DNA from: Ascidiella aspersa
Lineage: Eukaryota
DNA: 64,000 bases
Direction: 5' to 3'
NCBI GenBank assembly: GCA_963924565.1
Contig: OZ004607.1
Coordinates: forward strand, 2,170,001-2,234,000
Part shown: positions 10,846 to 21,700 of the stretch, one piece after another
Layout of the letters: the number at the start of each line of letters is the position of its first letter
Position numbering within the stretch: position 1 is the first letter of the stretch
Program-made: the position numbers and the translations under genes
Notes under the pieces: model-generated
Told to the model about the DNA's origin: nothing
Database searches by the model: none
The model's input: only the letters and a program-made list of their open reading frames with translations

Positions 10846-11304
10846 TTTGAAAAGCAATAGTTTTCCTCGCTGGCCGCTTCATACGAAATAAAAGCCAAAT
10901 GTGAATAAGCTATATTAACGTAAAATATGTAAGTAAAATTTACTTACATTTTTAACCTTAATCGTCCATGAAGCAAGTAATTTTAAGTCGAAAAGAGCAA
11001 TCGGTTGGCTGTCATTGATTGCCCTGAAACAAAGCAGTGTAATCTTAGTATATTTAATGTTATTAAATTGTTAAAAGCATACTTGATTGTTTAACAGAAA
11101 AATTAAATTTCTATTTTGGATAAAAAAACATACAAACCTTGAATGATTCAATTAATTTAATCCTTTTATAAAGTGTAAAGCAACAAATCATCATGAAATA
11201 GTCTTTTACAACTTTCATTGCTTTTGGATTTATGAATGAAATACCTAAAATTATGAAACAAAAATCCAAATTCAGTCACTTCGATTTCCAAGACAAGGCT
11301 TTTG

Positions 11305-11574
11305 GGCGCTCTTTCACTTATGTACGTGAAAAGTTATGCAAAAACATAACAAAATAATACCGCATACCACAACGCATATTGTTCGGGTTAGGGTGGGGGT
11401 TAGCGTTTGGGTGAGGGTGGGTCAAGTAATATTATGTTTATTATTAATAATAACTTGACCCACCCTCAACCAAACGCTAACCCGCACCCTAACCCAAACA
11501 ATATGCGTTGGAGTTTGCGGCATTTGAAGAAAGTTTTTTTTATTAATTTTCACGTACATAAGTGAAAGAGCGCC
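11305..11574. mobile_element. Foldback MITE (nearly whole-length palindrome) with telomere-like arms; GG-start TIR and 8-bp TSD suggest Merlin-like
   Basis: TIR GGCGCTCTTTCACTTATGTACGTGAAAA. Inner arms GGGTTAGGGTG..GTTAGCGTTTGG..GAGGGTGGGTCAAGT are inverted. Perfect TSD GGCTTTTG (11297-11304, 11575-11582). Confidence 0.85.
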
Positions 11575-12469
11575 GGCTTTTGTAACATACATTTTAGATT
11601 CTAAACCTGACAGTCTTGCACAGCTAATAAAACATTATTACTACACATTTATCAAAAAGCAAATTAAAGTATATATGTCACCACTATACACTTTATAGTA
11701 CGCAAAACCGGCTTTAACTGTAAAGTATAACTTGTAAAAGTTCTAAGCTTTTTTTTCTGTTTGGCGTTTCAATATCCACAGGCCAGTGTTCATGTTCATC
11801 GGACCGAATCAATTTCAAATACCTTATGACTTTATTTATTGAATAAACTTTATATGTACACAGAAAATTGTTTTGAAACAAAAAATAATTACTATAATTA
11901 GTTGAAATATATCGTAAATCGAACACTTAATAAAGAATACTTACTGTTCGTCATATGTCAAACCATTTATTCTTGAAAAATATACAAGCTTCATGGCGAT
12001 ACAGCTTTTCTCTAGAAAAAATCCGTGCCGTAGATTGTTTTCATCGCGCGTTTTTTTATTGCTGGCGCAATTTAAGTAGGTCATGGCGGCACAAGACCGC
12101 ACAGCTTCGCTTTGTACTTTGGTACAAAGCTATAGGCAAGCTACATTAATGAAATCATATATTGGATTTAATGGCGCGTTAAGCACACTAACCCGTATAT
12201 TTGTTATTTTAACATAATGTCAAATAGGCCGAACAGATGTTAAGTTAGGAAACCATGATATAAGTAATTTTGTTTATTGTGATCTGTTACGACCATGTAT
12301 GCTAACTTGTTAAATATTTGACGAAATCGATAGACGCAATCGTACATAAAACAACCGCTCAGTGCTTTAAAATAACAATAGCTCTCTCAACAACATCCCA
12401 TCACATCAACATAAATGGCTTAAGCTATAACTTTGCAAGAATGTATCGAACTAAACATGTCTAACAATC

Positions 12470-12690
12470 AACGTGTTAAAATATCAAGTGTTTAATCGTC
12501 AACGTGTTTAAAATCGTTAATTGTGCTTAAAATCTCCCAATATTCTATGTTAAACACGTCAAAATATCAGGTGTTTAGCATAAAATCGTTCAGGTGTTTA
12601 GAATTTAAACATCAAAATTCAAATTAAACACAAAGGTGTTTAAATTAGGTGTTGAAGTGTTTAGATTTTAAACGTGCTTAGACCGTTTTG
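12470..12690. repeat. Degenerate array of short GTGTT(T)AA/TTAAACAC units
   Basis: About a dozen GTGTTTA-like motifs in both orientations, probably transposon-derived. Confidence 0.45.
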
Positions 12691-12923
12691 GTGTTCTTTT
12701 TTAATCGTTTTCTTAAATTTTGTGGTGTTATATTTGGACGAGACAGTTTTATTATATTATAGAGTGAATGAAATCTGGAGATAGAAGCTAGGGGTGAACA
12801 AAACTAAAAAAATTTAAGCCGTAACTGCCCGATCTGATTTTATCGGAATCCCTGCCTGCTAAATATGTTTAAACAGTTCTGCTAAATAATGTTATCTGTT
12901 TTTTTCTTTTTAGGAGTAAAAAT

Positions 12924-14720
12924 ATGTCAAACTCTCAAATCTATCTTGACACAGCAGAGCTAAAACAACAGAGCGATGATGGATTTTCTGGTGATTCTGT
13001 TGCCACGACTACAAATGATGGGTCAAAAGAACTTCAAAGTGTAAATGAAGACTCTAAATGTGAAGGGCAAAGTGACTTCGATCAGAAGATTGTTATTAGA
13101 GGGAGGAAAGAAAATACATTTGGAAGAATCCAAACGGAAGTTAGTTTTAAAGACAAGGACAAGTTTCGTTGTCACATTTGTGAGAATTCTTTCGAAAGTC
13201 GCGGCAAGTTAAATTGGCATCTATCTTCAAAACATTTGAAGAAACACGAATGCAAGGTATGCGGGAAATGTTGTGGAACAACTGGTGATCTAAAAAGTCA
13301 TAATGTAGTTCACACTGAAGAAACACCTTACAAATGCAACTATTGTGAAAAGTGTTTTGCCAGGCAAGGAGAGCTTACAACTCATGAAAGAACTCACACT
13401 GGCGAAAAACCTTTCAGCTGCAAATATTGCTTTAAATGTTTCAGCCAAGCAGGGGGTCGTAGAATTCATGAAAGAACTCACACTGGAGAAAAAACATTCC
13501 AGTGTAACGAATGTGGAAAATGTTTTGCCAGCAAAGCTAATCTTATCAATCATATGCGAACCCATACTGGTGAAAAGCCTTACGAATGCAAATATTGTGC
13601 GAAGCGGTTTAGCTCAAAGTTTGATCTTCAAAGGCATGAACGAATTCACACTGGTGAAAAACCATTTACGTGCAAGTATTGTGAAAAATGTTTTGCCGTT
13701 AGTGGTAATCTTAGTCAACACGAAAGAATTCACACCGGAGAAAAATCATACTCTTGCAATCATTGTGGAAAATCGTTTCCACACAAACGAAACCTTAAAT
13801 CACATGAAATAACTCATACCGGAGAAAGACCTTTCAAATGTAAATATTGTGAAGAAAGTTTTACATATGGAGGAGCTCTTAAAAAACACGAAGGTCAGCA
13901 CACTGGAGAAACACCTTATAAATGCAAACATTGTGGAAAATGTTTTGGTCGGCAAGGAGATCTTACAACTCATGAAAGAACTCACACTGGAGAAAAACCT
14001 TTCAGATGTAAGTATTGTGGAAAAAATTTCGGCCAAGCTGGAAATCTTAAAACTCATGAACGAATACACACAGGTGAAAAACCATACAAGTGTAAAGAAT
14101 GTGGAAAAGGCTTTCTTACTTCAGGAAATCTTGCAAATCACAAAAGTACTCATACTACAGAAAAACCGCACAAATGCAGTATTTGCGGTAAGTGTTTTTC
14201 ACTTGTAGATCATTTAAGAAAACATGCAAAGACTCACACGGGAGTCAAACCTTTCAAATGCAAACTTTGTGGAAAGCGTTTTGCCCGGCTGTGGCCTCTT
14301 ACTATCCATGAAAGAATTCACACCGGAGAAAAGCCCTACGTGTGTAAGGTTTGTGAAAAAAGCTACAGTCAAATGTCAACTCTCAAAAAACATGAAAACA
14401 CACACACTGGGGAAAAGCCCTACGTGTGTAAGGTTTGTGAAAAAAGCTACAGTCAAATGTCAACTCTCAAAAAACATGAAAACACACACACTGTGGAAAA
14501 GCCCTACGTGTGTACGGTTTGTGAAAAAAGCTACAGTCAAATCTCAACTCTCAAAAAACATGAAAACACACACACTGGAGAAAAGCCCTACAAATGCAAA
14601 TGTTGTAACAAAGGTTTTGCGCGAAAATATCATCTTGAAAGACATGAAAAGATTCATGGAGATTATTGTGAGCGCCCTGTTCAAACCAACCCTGACCAAC
14701 TTACAGCTGTTTTGAACTGA
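12924..14720 (+). CDS. ZNF-B: tandem C2H2 zinc-finger protein, 598 aa, 18 fingers; recent paralog of ZNF-A
   Basis: Uninterrupted ORF with TGEKP linkers; acceptor 10 nt before the ATG; collinear with ZNF-A including the proximal 3' UTR. Confidence 0.95.
   Translation: MSNSQIYLDTAELKQQSDDGFSGDSVATTTNDGSKELQSVNEDSKCEGQSDFDQKIVIRGRKENTFGRIQTEVSFKDKDKFRCHICENSFESRGKLNWHLSSKHLKKHECKVCGKCCGTTGDLKSHNVVHTEETPYKCNYCEKCFARQGELTTHERTHTGEKPFSCKYCFKCFSQAGGRRIHERTHTGEKTFQCNECGKCFASKANLINHMRTHTGEKPYECKYCAKRFSSKFDLQRHERIHTGEKPFTCKYCEKCFAVSGNLSQHERIHTGEKSYSCNHCGKSFPHKRNLKSHEITHTGERPFKCKYCEESFTYGGALKKHEGQHTGETPYKCKHCGKCFGRQGDLTTHERTHTGEKPFRCKYCGKNFGQAGNLKTHERIHTGEKPYKCKECGKGFLTSGNLANHKSTHTTEKPHKCSICGKCFSLVDHLRKHAKTHTGVKPFKCKLCGKRFARLWPLTIHERIHTGEKPYVCKVCEKSYSQMSTLKKHENTHTGEKPYVCKVCEKSYSQMSTLKKHENTHTVEKPYVCTVCEKSYSQISTLKKHENTHTGEKPYKCKCCNKGFARKYHLERHEKIHGDYCERPVQTNPDQLTAVLN
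14331..14582 (+). repeat. Three near-identical 84-bp finger units (YVCKVCEKSYSQMSTLKKHENTH)
   Basis: AAGCCCTAC begins at 14331, 14415, 14499 and 14583. ZNF-A has only one copy of this finger. Confidence 0.95.
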
Positions 14721-15262
14721 CTTGATTCATGGGAAATTTGAAATTAAAACGCTAGATAAATCATTTTTTATTTAAACTGATTTCGTATGGTTCTTTTTTA
14801 CTTTCTTCTTATATTTTGGCATCTTTGAATCTTTGCCTTTATTAGCAAAATGAACCAACGGCAGTTTATTGCATCTTACTTAGTCAATTTAAATAAATTG
14901 GGTCAATTTGCTTTTGGCTGCATATTAGTGAAATAACGTAACGTTGGCTCCAGTGTTTTTTACCAGAACAAAATTCTTGTTTTGCGGTTTGGTGTAAAAT
15001 CGATTTTTTGTGAAAAAATGTTTTTAGTTTAGCTTTTGTTTCTGCTGTTAGTAGCTTTAGGGTAAGTTCTTATTGTTTACACGCATATTTTTTGCGTTCT
15101 AAGTTGGATTTGTGTGCCATTCAAAACTACATTTCAATGAACTTTGTTTGCTGGGCGATTTTCACAATATACATCTGCTTAGCAGATAAAAACCATAATA
15201 AAGTGCAAATAGCAATGGCAATGATGGTCAGGGTAGTAAGCCGAAATTAGCTTAGGCGCTAG

Positions 15263-15591
15263 CAGGGCTGCGGAATCGTTGAAAATTAACCCGAGTCCGA
15301 CTTCGGTCAAATGTGCGATTTTGTCCCAACAGCCTGTATTCCGCCAATTAACGAAACTAAAATAACGTGGATTCAGTAATTCACGTATAGGGGTGTCAAA
15401 CAATTCATTCACTTACAATACATGGTTTGAAAATATTCCACCATTTATTATTCCACATTTAAAATTAACATTTGGCAACCATATTAGTTTTAAAATTTGG
15501 TACTGCGCATGCGCATGTCGGACTCAGGACTCGGGTAGTTTTACAACGTCTTACTCGACTCACGACTCCCGAGTCCGACTCCGCAGCCCTG
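15263..15591 (+). mobile_element. hAT-like MITE with CCGACT/GAGTC subterminal repeats (relatives ~31640-31900, ~38690-38745)
   Basis: TIR CAGGGCTGCGGA / TCCGCAGCCCTG; TSD GGCGCTAG / GGCACTAG (7/8). Confidence 0.85.
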
Positions 15592-16196
15592 GGCACTAGG
15601 AAGCGTATGTATTGTTGTCTGAAAATTAAATTAGTATAACCCTTTTGTGCCGAACTAATGCGTTTGGCCGCGAAAATCGCCGTTAAGATAGACTTGGTTT
15701 TCCCTGGGGGGATAGGACTCTTTGTAAATTTTGCTTTCACAGCCTCAGTTTTCTCAGCGCTGCGTGATATCTTTGTGTGCGATTTCGTTTCGGGTTGCGT
15801 CCTGTTTTATAGTAATTCTTCTGGTGGATAAATACGAATGAAAACAAAATAAAGATATAATTTGCGTTCCACAAACACTGACAATAAAAAAATGCGATTT
15901 CCGCATTCCGAATTGCTCTATTGTAACTTTAAATTTCTCCCGCGGAGAACAATAAAAAATGGATAACTTAACATTTACGTACGCTATCTGTTGCAACAAT
16001 TTAAGGTTTATCTATTTGCCAAATAAAGTAGCACTTGTGATACGCTGTATTAGCTAGTCCCGGGCTTTAGAACCTTTCTAGCGTCGTTACCATTACGAAA
16101 CGGCTAAATGAAACTCAACGTATTCTCAACTAAATATAAGCATTTCAGATATCCTGTCAGTATTTTAAGTATTTAGGTATATTCTTTACGTTTTAT

Positions 16197-16734
16197 ACAA
16201 CTGGAGAGCAAAGTAAACTATTTAGCAAGTTTGTAGAGATCTGTCTAAGCTGGTTGTTAATTCCCAAAAGACCAGTGCAGACTGACGCAACAGGCGGTGC
16301 AACATACAGCGTGAAAAAGGCGGCTTTGAAACCTTGCTTAAATAACTCGCAGCCTAGGGATTATGGCTTAGACTAGAGATATGATTGCGGAGTGTTTTTG
16401 CTAGTCTTGTGTAAAGCAATTCTACAGTATGCTAACTTCAAGTAACTAGCATTTGCAAAGCTATTATAGGCAACTTTGGTGTATACTACTACTTGTACAG
16501 TTAGCATGTGTAGCTAATTTTATTACAGAAGGTCGCTGAATAGAGGGGAATGAAGGAGACCAAGGGTTGATGCTCTGGTCCTCAAGTTCAAATGATAGAA
16601 GCGGAAACGAGAAGAATTATAGAGCACATCAAAAATATGAACGCTACCGCTATAAACAGACCTAAACTAAACCAGCAACCGTGAAAACAGCACTTCACGC
16701 AAAAGTAAATGAACAACTTTGGAATCAAGTTTAA
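16197..16734. repeat. Conserved non-coding block, copy 2 (possible promoter/first exon of ZNF-C)
   Basis: Collinear with 5697-6243; lies ~0.7 kb upstream of the ZNF-C acceptor. Confidence 0.8.
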
Positions 16735-17448
16735 ACTCTGGTCATATCGGGCAGTTTGCGATGGCTTTCGGGGAACTACATAAGCCGTAATCGTTGGTCA
16801 AAAAGCAGCTTCAGAAAGGGCCAGATCACAGTTGTTCAACACACATGTGTGTGTGTGTCTTTCATTGCGTATGGAAGTATAGGCAACATTTATGTACATG
16901 TTTCGAAAAACTCTTATTTACAATATCGAACTAACAGTTCGGCCTGTGTGGAAGCGGCATTTAATATCGGAATTATCTGCGTGACCAGTGTTTGTTTTAA
17001 TGTGTTTTGGGGGACCGTTTCGGTCAAATTTCTCCAGCGGTTTCCCAAATTTTGGACTTACAACTTTTTGGTATTTACATGAAACACTTGCGGTCTAAAA
17101 ACTACTTAGCGGTCACCCAAACCAAACCTTAAAAAAAAACCTGTGCGTGACTGTAAATGAAATTCAATTCTTTGTATTTATCGTAAGCTAAAATTCTCAT
17201 AACTATTTGCAAATATAAAAAATCTAATTGTAATAGCGTAAAAGTTGTTATACAAAATTAGTGCAATTATCTGCATGATCACAAAATAAAAATGAACGCC
17301 TTGAGGGAAAGATTTTTTTAGTAGGCTACACTATTTTGTTTAGAAACAAATGTTTAAACTTTGCATTTATAGTACGCGGAAATCATTAAGTTTAGGTTTA
17401 AATGTACTACGAATACCATTCTATTTTTGTTTTTTTACAGCTGAAAGT

Positions 17449-18249
17449 ATGTCTAACTTTGAAATAAGTTTTGTTAAAACAGATATCACCAAACAGAGAG
17501 GTTATCGAATACCTGGTGATTCTGTTGCCACGGTAACTGGTTGTTCATCACACAAAGATCAGATATCAACTGAAGAGTTCGTTTGTGAAGGACAATCCTT
17601 TTGTCATCCAAATATAAAAAGCTTATATTACGAAGATGAAGTCAAAGAGTTTCGATGTTTCGTTTGCGAAAAGTGTTTTGCCAATGGCAAACTTCTAGCA
17701 GCCCATTTATCCACCCATTTTCCTGGGAAACATGGTTGTAAGGTTTGTGGGAAGCATTTCTCAACAATCTATGAACTTGAATGTCATCAGGTTTTCAGCA
17801 ACAGAGAAAATCTTAAAAGTAAAATTGTCCGAGCGATCGCTAATCGAAAAAGTGCTGACAAAAAAATATACAAGTGCAAGTATTGTGGGAAATGCCTTTC
17901 AAATTTAACCTATCTTAGAAGTCATGAACGAACTCACACTGGAGAGAAACCTTACAAATGCGAACAGTGTGGAAAATCTTTGACCCGACTACAAAATCTA
18001 AAACTTCATATTCGTATTCACGCCAGTGAGAAACCTCACAGTTGCAAATATTGTGTGAAGCGCTTCTGCCAAAAACGTGCGCTAGTGATCCACGAAAGAG
18101 TCCATACTCGAGAAAAACCTTTCAAATGTGAAGAATGTGGAAAAAGTTTCGCTAGCCCCTCATGTTTAGGCAAACACAAAAAGATCCACCGCGCACAAGT
18201 TTCTGAATCTACCAAGACCGGAGTTCAAGATGACAATGTACAAGAATGA
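17449..18249 (+). CDS. ZNF-C: C2H2 zinc-finger protein, 266 aa, 5 intact fingers plus 1 broken; older paralog of ZNF-A/B
   Basis: Start moved from the ORF track's 17350 to ATG 17449. Acceptor TTTTTTACAG| ends at 17440, and MSNFEI...DSVAT...CEGQS aligns with the ZNF-A/B N-termini. Confidence 0.85.
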   Translation: MSNFEISFVKTDITKQRGYRIPGDSVATVTGCSSHKDQISTEEFVCEGQSFCHPNIKSLYYEDEVKEFRCFVCEKCFANGKLLAAHLSTHFPGKHGCKVCGKHFSTIYELECHQVFSNRENLKSKIVRAIANRKSADKKIYKCKYCGKCLSNLTYLRSHERTHTGEKPYKCEQCGKSLTRLQNLKLHIRIHASEKPHSCKYCVKRFCQKRALVIHERVHTREKPFKCEECGKSFASPSCLGKHKKIHRAQVSESTKTGVQDDNVQE

Positions 18250-18946
18250 AAAAGTTAGCAATAATTTTAATTTCATGCTTAGGTAAAAACGCTTCAGTGT
18301 TTTAAAGCTGCTTGTTCAAAAGAAATTAAGAAGGCCAAATCCAAATTTTCAGCAAACACAAAATTTTCAATGTGCAAATATTACTAAAATACAGTTTTAG
18401 GATATAACAAAGCAACCACAAAAAAAAATGCTATGGTAGGCATAATTCTGCGTTTTTAAGCTGCTTAGTTAAGAGAAACTGTAAATACAGCCCTTAACAC
18501 TTTTTCTTAATGTTCAAAAAAAGCCGTTGTTATGACATTAATAACCTTTTGTCCTTGATTAATAAACTGCTGACTTTAATTGAGTATTGGATTGAACTGG
18601 CGGACTCCAAGCTATATGGTTCCCTATTGCACTCTTTAAATGAAAATTTTGTCTAATCTAATTTTGCTGTTGGTTTATTATTTAGAGTATAGTATCGTTG
18701 AACAATATCCAGTGGTTTTTTGCAGTTGTAGTAAGCATCCAATTGTACGTATATACGTTAAATTGGCGCAAACTTATCTTTCGGTTATGGAAGTCTGTCG
18801 CACTTGTCGAAATTGCTTCATAAAACATAAAAAAATTATAATGTTTTCAACAAGTCTGGTTATATGAAACTATAAATAGAGTGAGCAACATTTAAAAGGC
18901 CCCCCAAATGGTATTTAATGTATGGTGTAACATCAAAGGGATAGAC

Positions 18947-19425
18947 CAGAGGTGGCCAACACCCGGCTCGCGAACCGCATGTGACTGTTTAACCAGTTAT
19001 ATGCGGCTCTTACGTTCATGCACTTATGATTTTTTTTTTACGTTTATGTACTTTTTTAGAAATGTTTCGTTTTGGTTAAGTTATGGATTATTGTCGGTTT
19101 CGACTCAGACTGTTTGCCTATTTATAGTAACACTTTTGAAACAAGTTAAACGCAAAATTCTGCCTAAATAATACTGATATACGACATTCTATCAAGAAAT
19201 GTATATTTTTTCATTCATTGCGTCGCGTCTCCTTCTAAATTAAAATTTTGTCCAGTTAACGAAGTAAAGGCACTTTTTTTCGCGCTTCATGCGATCGCTT
19301 TCTGAGGTGAGTACGAAATGGAGTGATAGGCCATTCATTTCGTTCCATGTGTGTACGGTGTGACTTTTAACGGTTGACCAAGTAACAAATGCGGCTCTTG
19401 CTATCTGATTGGTCGGTCACCCCTG
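18947..19425 (+). mobile_element. hAT (Buster-type) MITE, 479 bp
   Basis: TIRs CAGAGGTGGCCAAC / GTCGGTCACCCCTG, GCGGCTC subterminal motifs, perfect TSD GGATAGAC. Confidence 0.88.
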
Positions 19426-21369
19426 GGATAGACGTAACAGAAACTGTAAGACACAATTTGTAAGCTAATACTGTTATGGCTTGCCTTTATTTTCTAAAAA
19501 GAATAGAAACATATCGAGTCAGTATTAAACACCTCCGTTTCTTCTGCTTTTAGAGACCCACATTTATCAAACGCTATTTAAAATGTTGCTGACAAAATGA
19601 CGGTTTATGTATTTCCAAACTAGTATAGTTGCTGTTCTGGCTTCAAACGTTTTTGTGGCTGTGGTTTTATCTTTGGTGGCACTAAATCCGACTTAAATCA
19701 CATTAAAATTAAGCGTCCCACAGGTTTCCATGTTTAAACGGTTTTAAAGTTCTAACAGTTTATAAGGAAAACAAGTTGCGAAAAACGCTTGAGTTTAGAC
19801 TCATCCACGATTAAGGCAGATACCAAGGTTAATTAGTAGTGGTTTGACTTCAACAGTTAGTCAACACTAGTTATTGCATTCAGAAGCAAGCGACTTTTGT
19901 CACTTGACGTCACAAACAATATGACGTCACTAGCACTTGCGTAACCTATAATGAACTGTTGTTCGTAACGCCTCTACAAACGCGAACAAAAGATGGCATC
20001 CTGCGCAACGAAAAGCGAGGTTGCAAATATCACACAAAGCCTTACCCCCAAGGAAATCGAGTTGGCGGGTGACAAATGTGAAACGGCGGTTCCCTTGGCT
20101 AATCGCATCGCTTAATAATTTGGCACAAAAGGGCTGCCGTAATTAAATTTGTGACACTAAATAACGGATATGGAGGCAAACACTAGGAGGATTTTTGTCG
20201 GTTTTTTTCCCAGGCGATGGCACCCAAAAGCCACAAGTTTCATTGGATAGAAAAAGTGTAAAGCCTTTTGCGCCTTACGTCATTTTGCTCAACTTTGGTG
20301 GTTAATTAGACGGCTTTGTTGTAGGCAATACACCATTATATTATATTTGCAGTTTATAGGTTAAACTAAACCGTATTTTGTACGATTCCGACTAAACAGC
20401 GATTTAAAAAAAGCGAAAATGTTTTTTTTTGTCAGTTGAAAATTTATTGAAGCCCAAAAAGTTTCCTGGGATCCCTATTTATTCGAAACATCTGTAACAT
20501 GTTAAGTTCGTGAAAAATAGGAATACACGGCCTAATTTGGCTGTAACGAGCCAAAAGCTAATTCATTTGTTGTGTGAATTTCAACAAATCTCTTTCCCAA
20601 GCGGTGGTAACTAATAACCGCAGGGTGTCGGAAAAGAGTCGTATTTCTAACTTTTGGTTTATTAGTATCGGCCTGCTACAAGCTAGTTTTCTCAAAACGC
20701 TCAAAAATTTCCTGCCGGAAACCCTGTTACTTAGGTTTATAAATCGTATAAGCTGCTGTTTATATTTTGCTCAGCCAACAAACATTACGCGTAGCCATAA
20801 CAAAGTTTCAAACCCAGTTTTTTGTATCCCCTAACTTGGTCATGCCCTTCGAAACTGTAACGTTGGCATATTTTAGCCATATAAATGCAAATATTTTAGG
20901 AAAAGCTGAAAGATGTTTCTAGTTTGTCTTATTCCATTTTGATAAAATCATTTTAGCCTAAAATCTGGTCGCACCCTCAAAAATTAGAGTTTTGAAAATT
21001 AAACGACAAAAGGCGTTTATAGTTCTGCGAGAACGATAACAAATTTTTAATGTAGTTTTTAATTTCTCTCAAAATCAAAACCTTAATTAAATGAATCCTT
21101 GAAGTTAACTCTTTAAGACGTCACGTTTTAACATAAATCTGTTGCTTCATCTTTAAAACAATTTCAGGTGGTTGACTTGTTACATTCACTGTTTTAATTT
21201 AAGATTTTATCTCGTAGAACGACGTCATAAACAAGCACGTGAGATGAAGTACGACAGCACTTCATTGTTGCGCAACAATTGAGCTGAATTATAAATGGAA
21301 TGCGGGACAATTTTTCACTATAATTTGTATAGACGTGTGACCTTCACGCAGTGTTTAAATCATGAATAT

Positions 21370-21700
21370 AAATCAGAAAAACGTTTTTAACGAAAATTTA
21401 CATACAATTTGTTAATACGTTAGGTTTCAAACCAACATTTAGATTTTAGTACCAATGTTAGCCACATTTCTCTTGAAATTATTCACAATTTTACATACAG
21501 TAGTCTGTCCAAAATTAGAAAAACGTTTTACCCGAGTAAATTTACATAAAATTTGTTAATACATTAGAATTTAAACTAACTTTTAGGTTTTTTTCTGCTT
21601 AGGTGGACTTAGGTTGAGCAGCGTTAAAAGGGGAGTTAATATTAGCCATATTTAAAATTATTCATAGTTTTATATACCGTAGTCTGTTCAAAGTTAGGGA
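21370..21700. repeat. Degenerate tandem duplication (~145-185 bp units)
   Basis: AGAAAAACGTTTT..AAATTTACATA.AATTTGTTAATAC and GTAGTCTGT.CAAA each occur twice. Confidence 0.65.

Noticed and set aside
3378-14715. Alternative-frame and antisense ORFs overlapping ZNF-A and ZNF-B (e.g. 3391-3900, 13345-13812, 14224-14715)
   Set aside because: These are typical shadow ORFs of repetitive C2H2 codon patterns (MKELTLEKNL... in the +1 frame), with no independent evidence.
17350-17448. N-terminal 33 aa of the ORF-track version of ZNF-C
   Set aside because: It runs through a polypyrimidine tract and acceptor (17421-17440); homology to the paralogs starts at ATG 17449.
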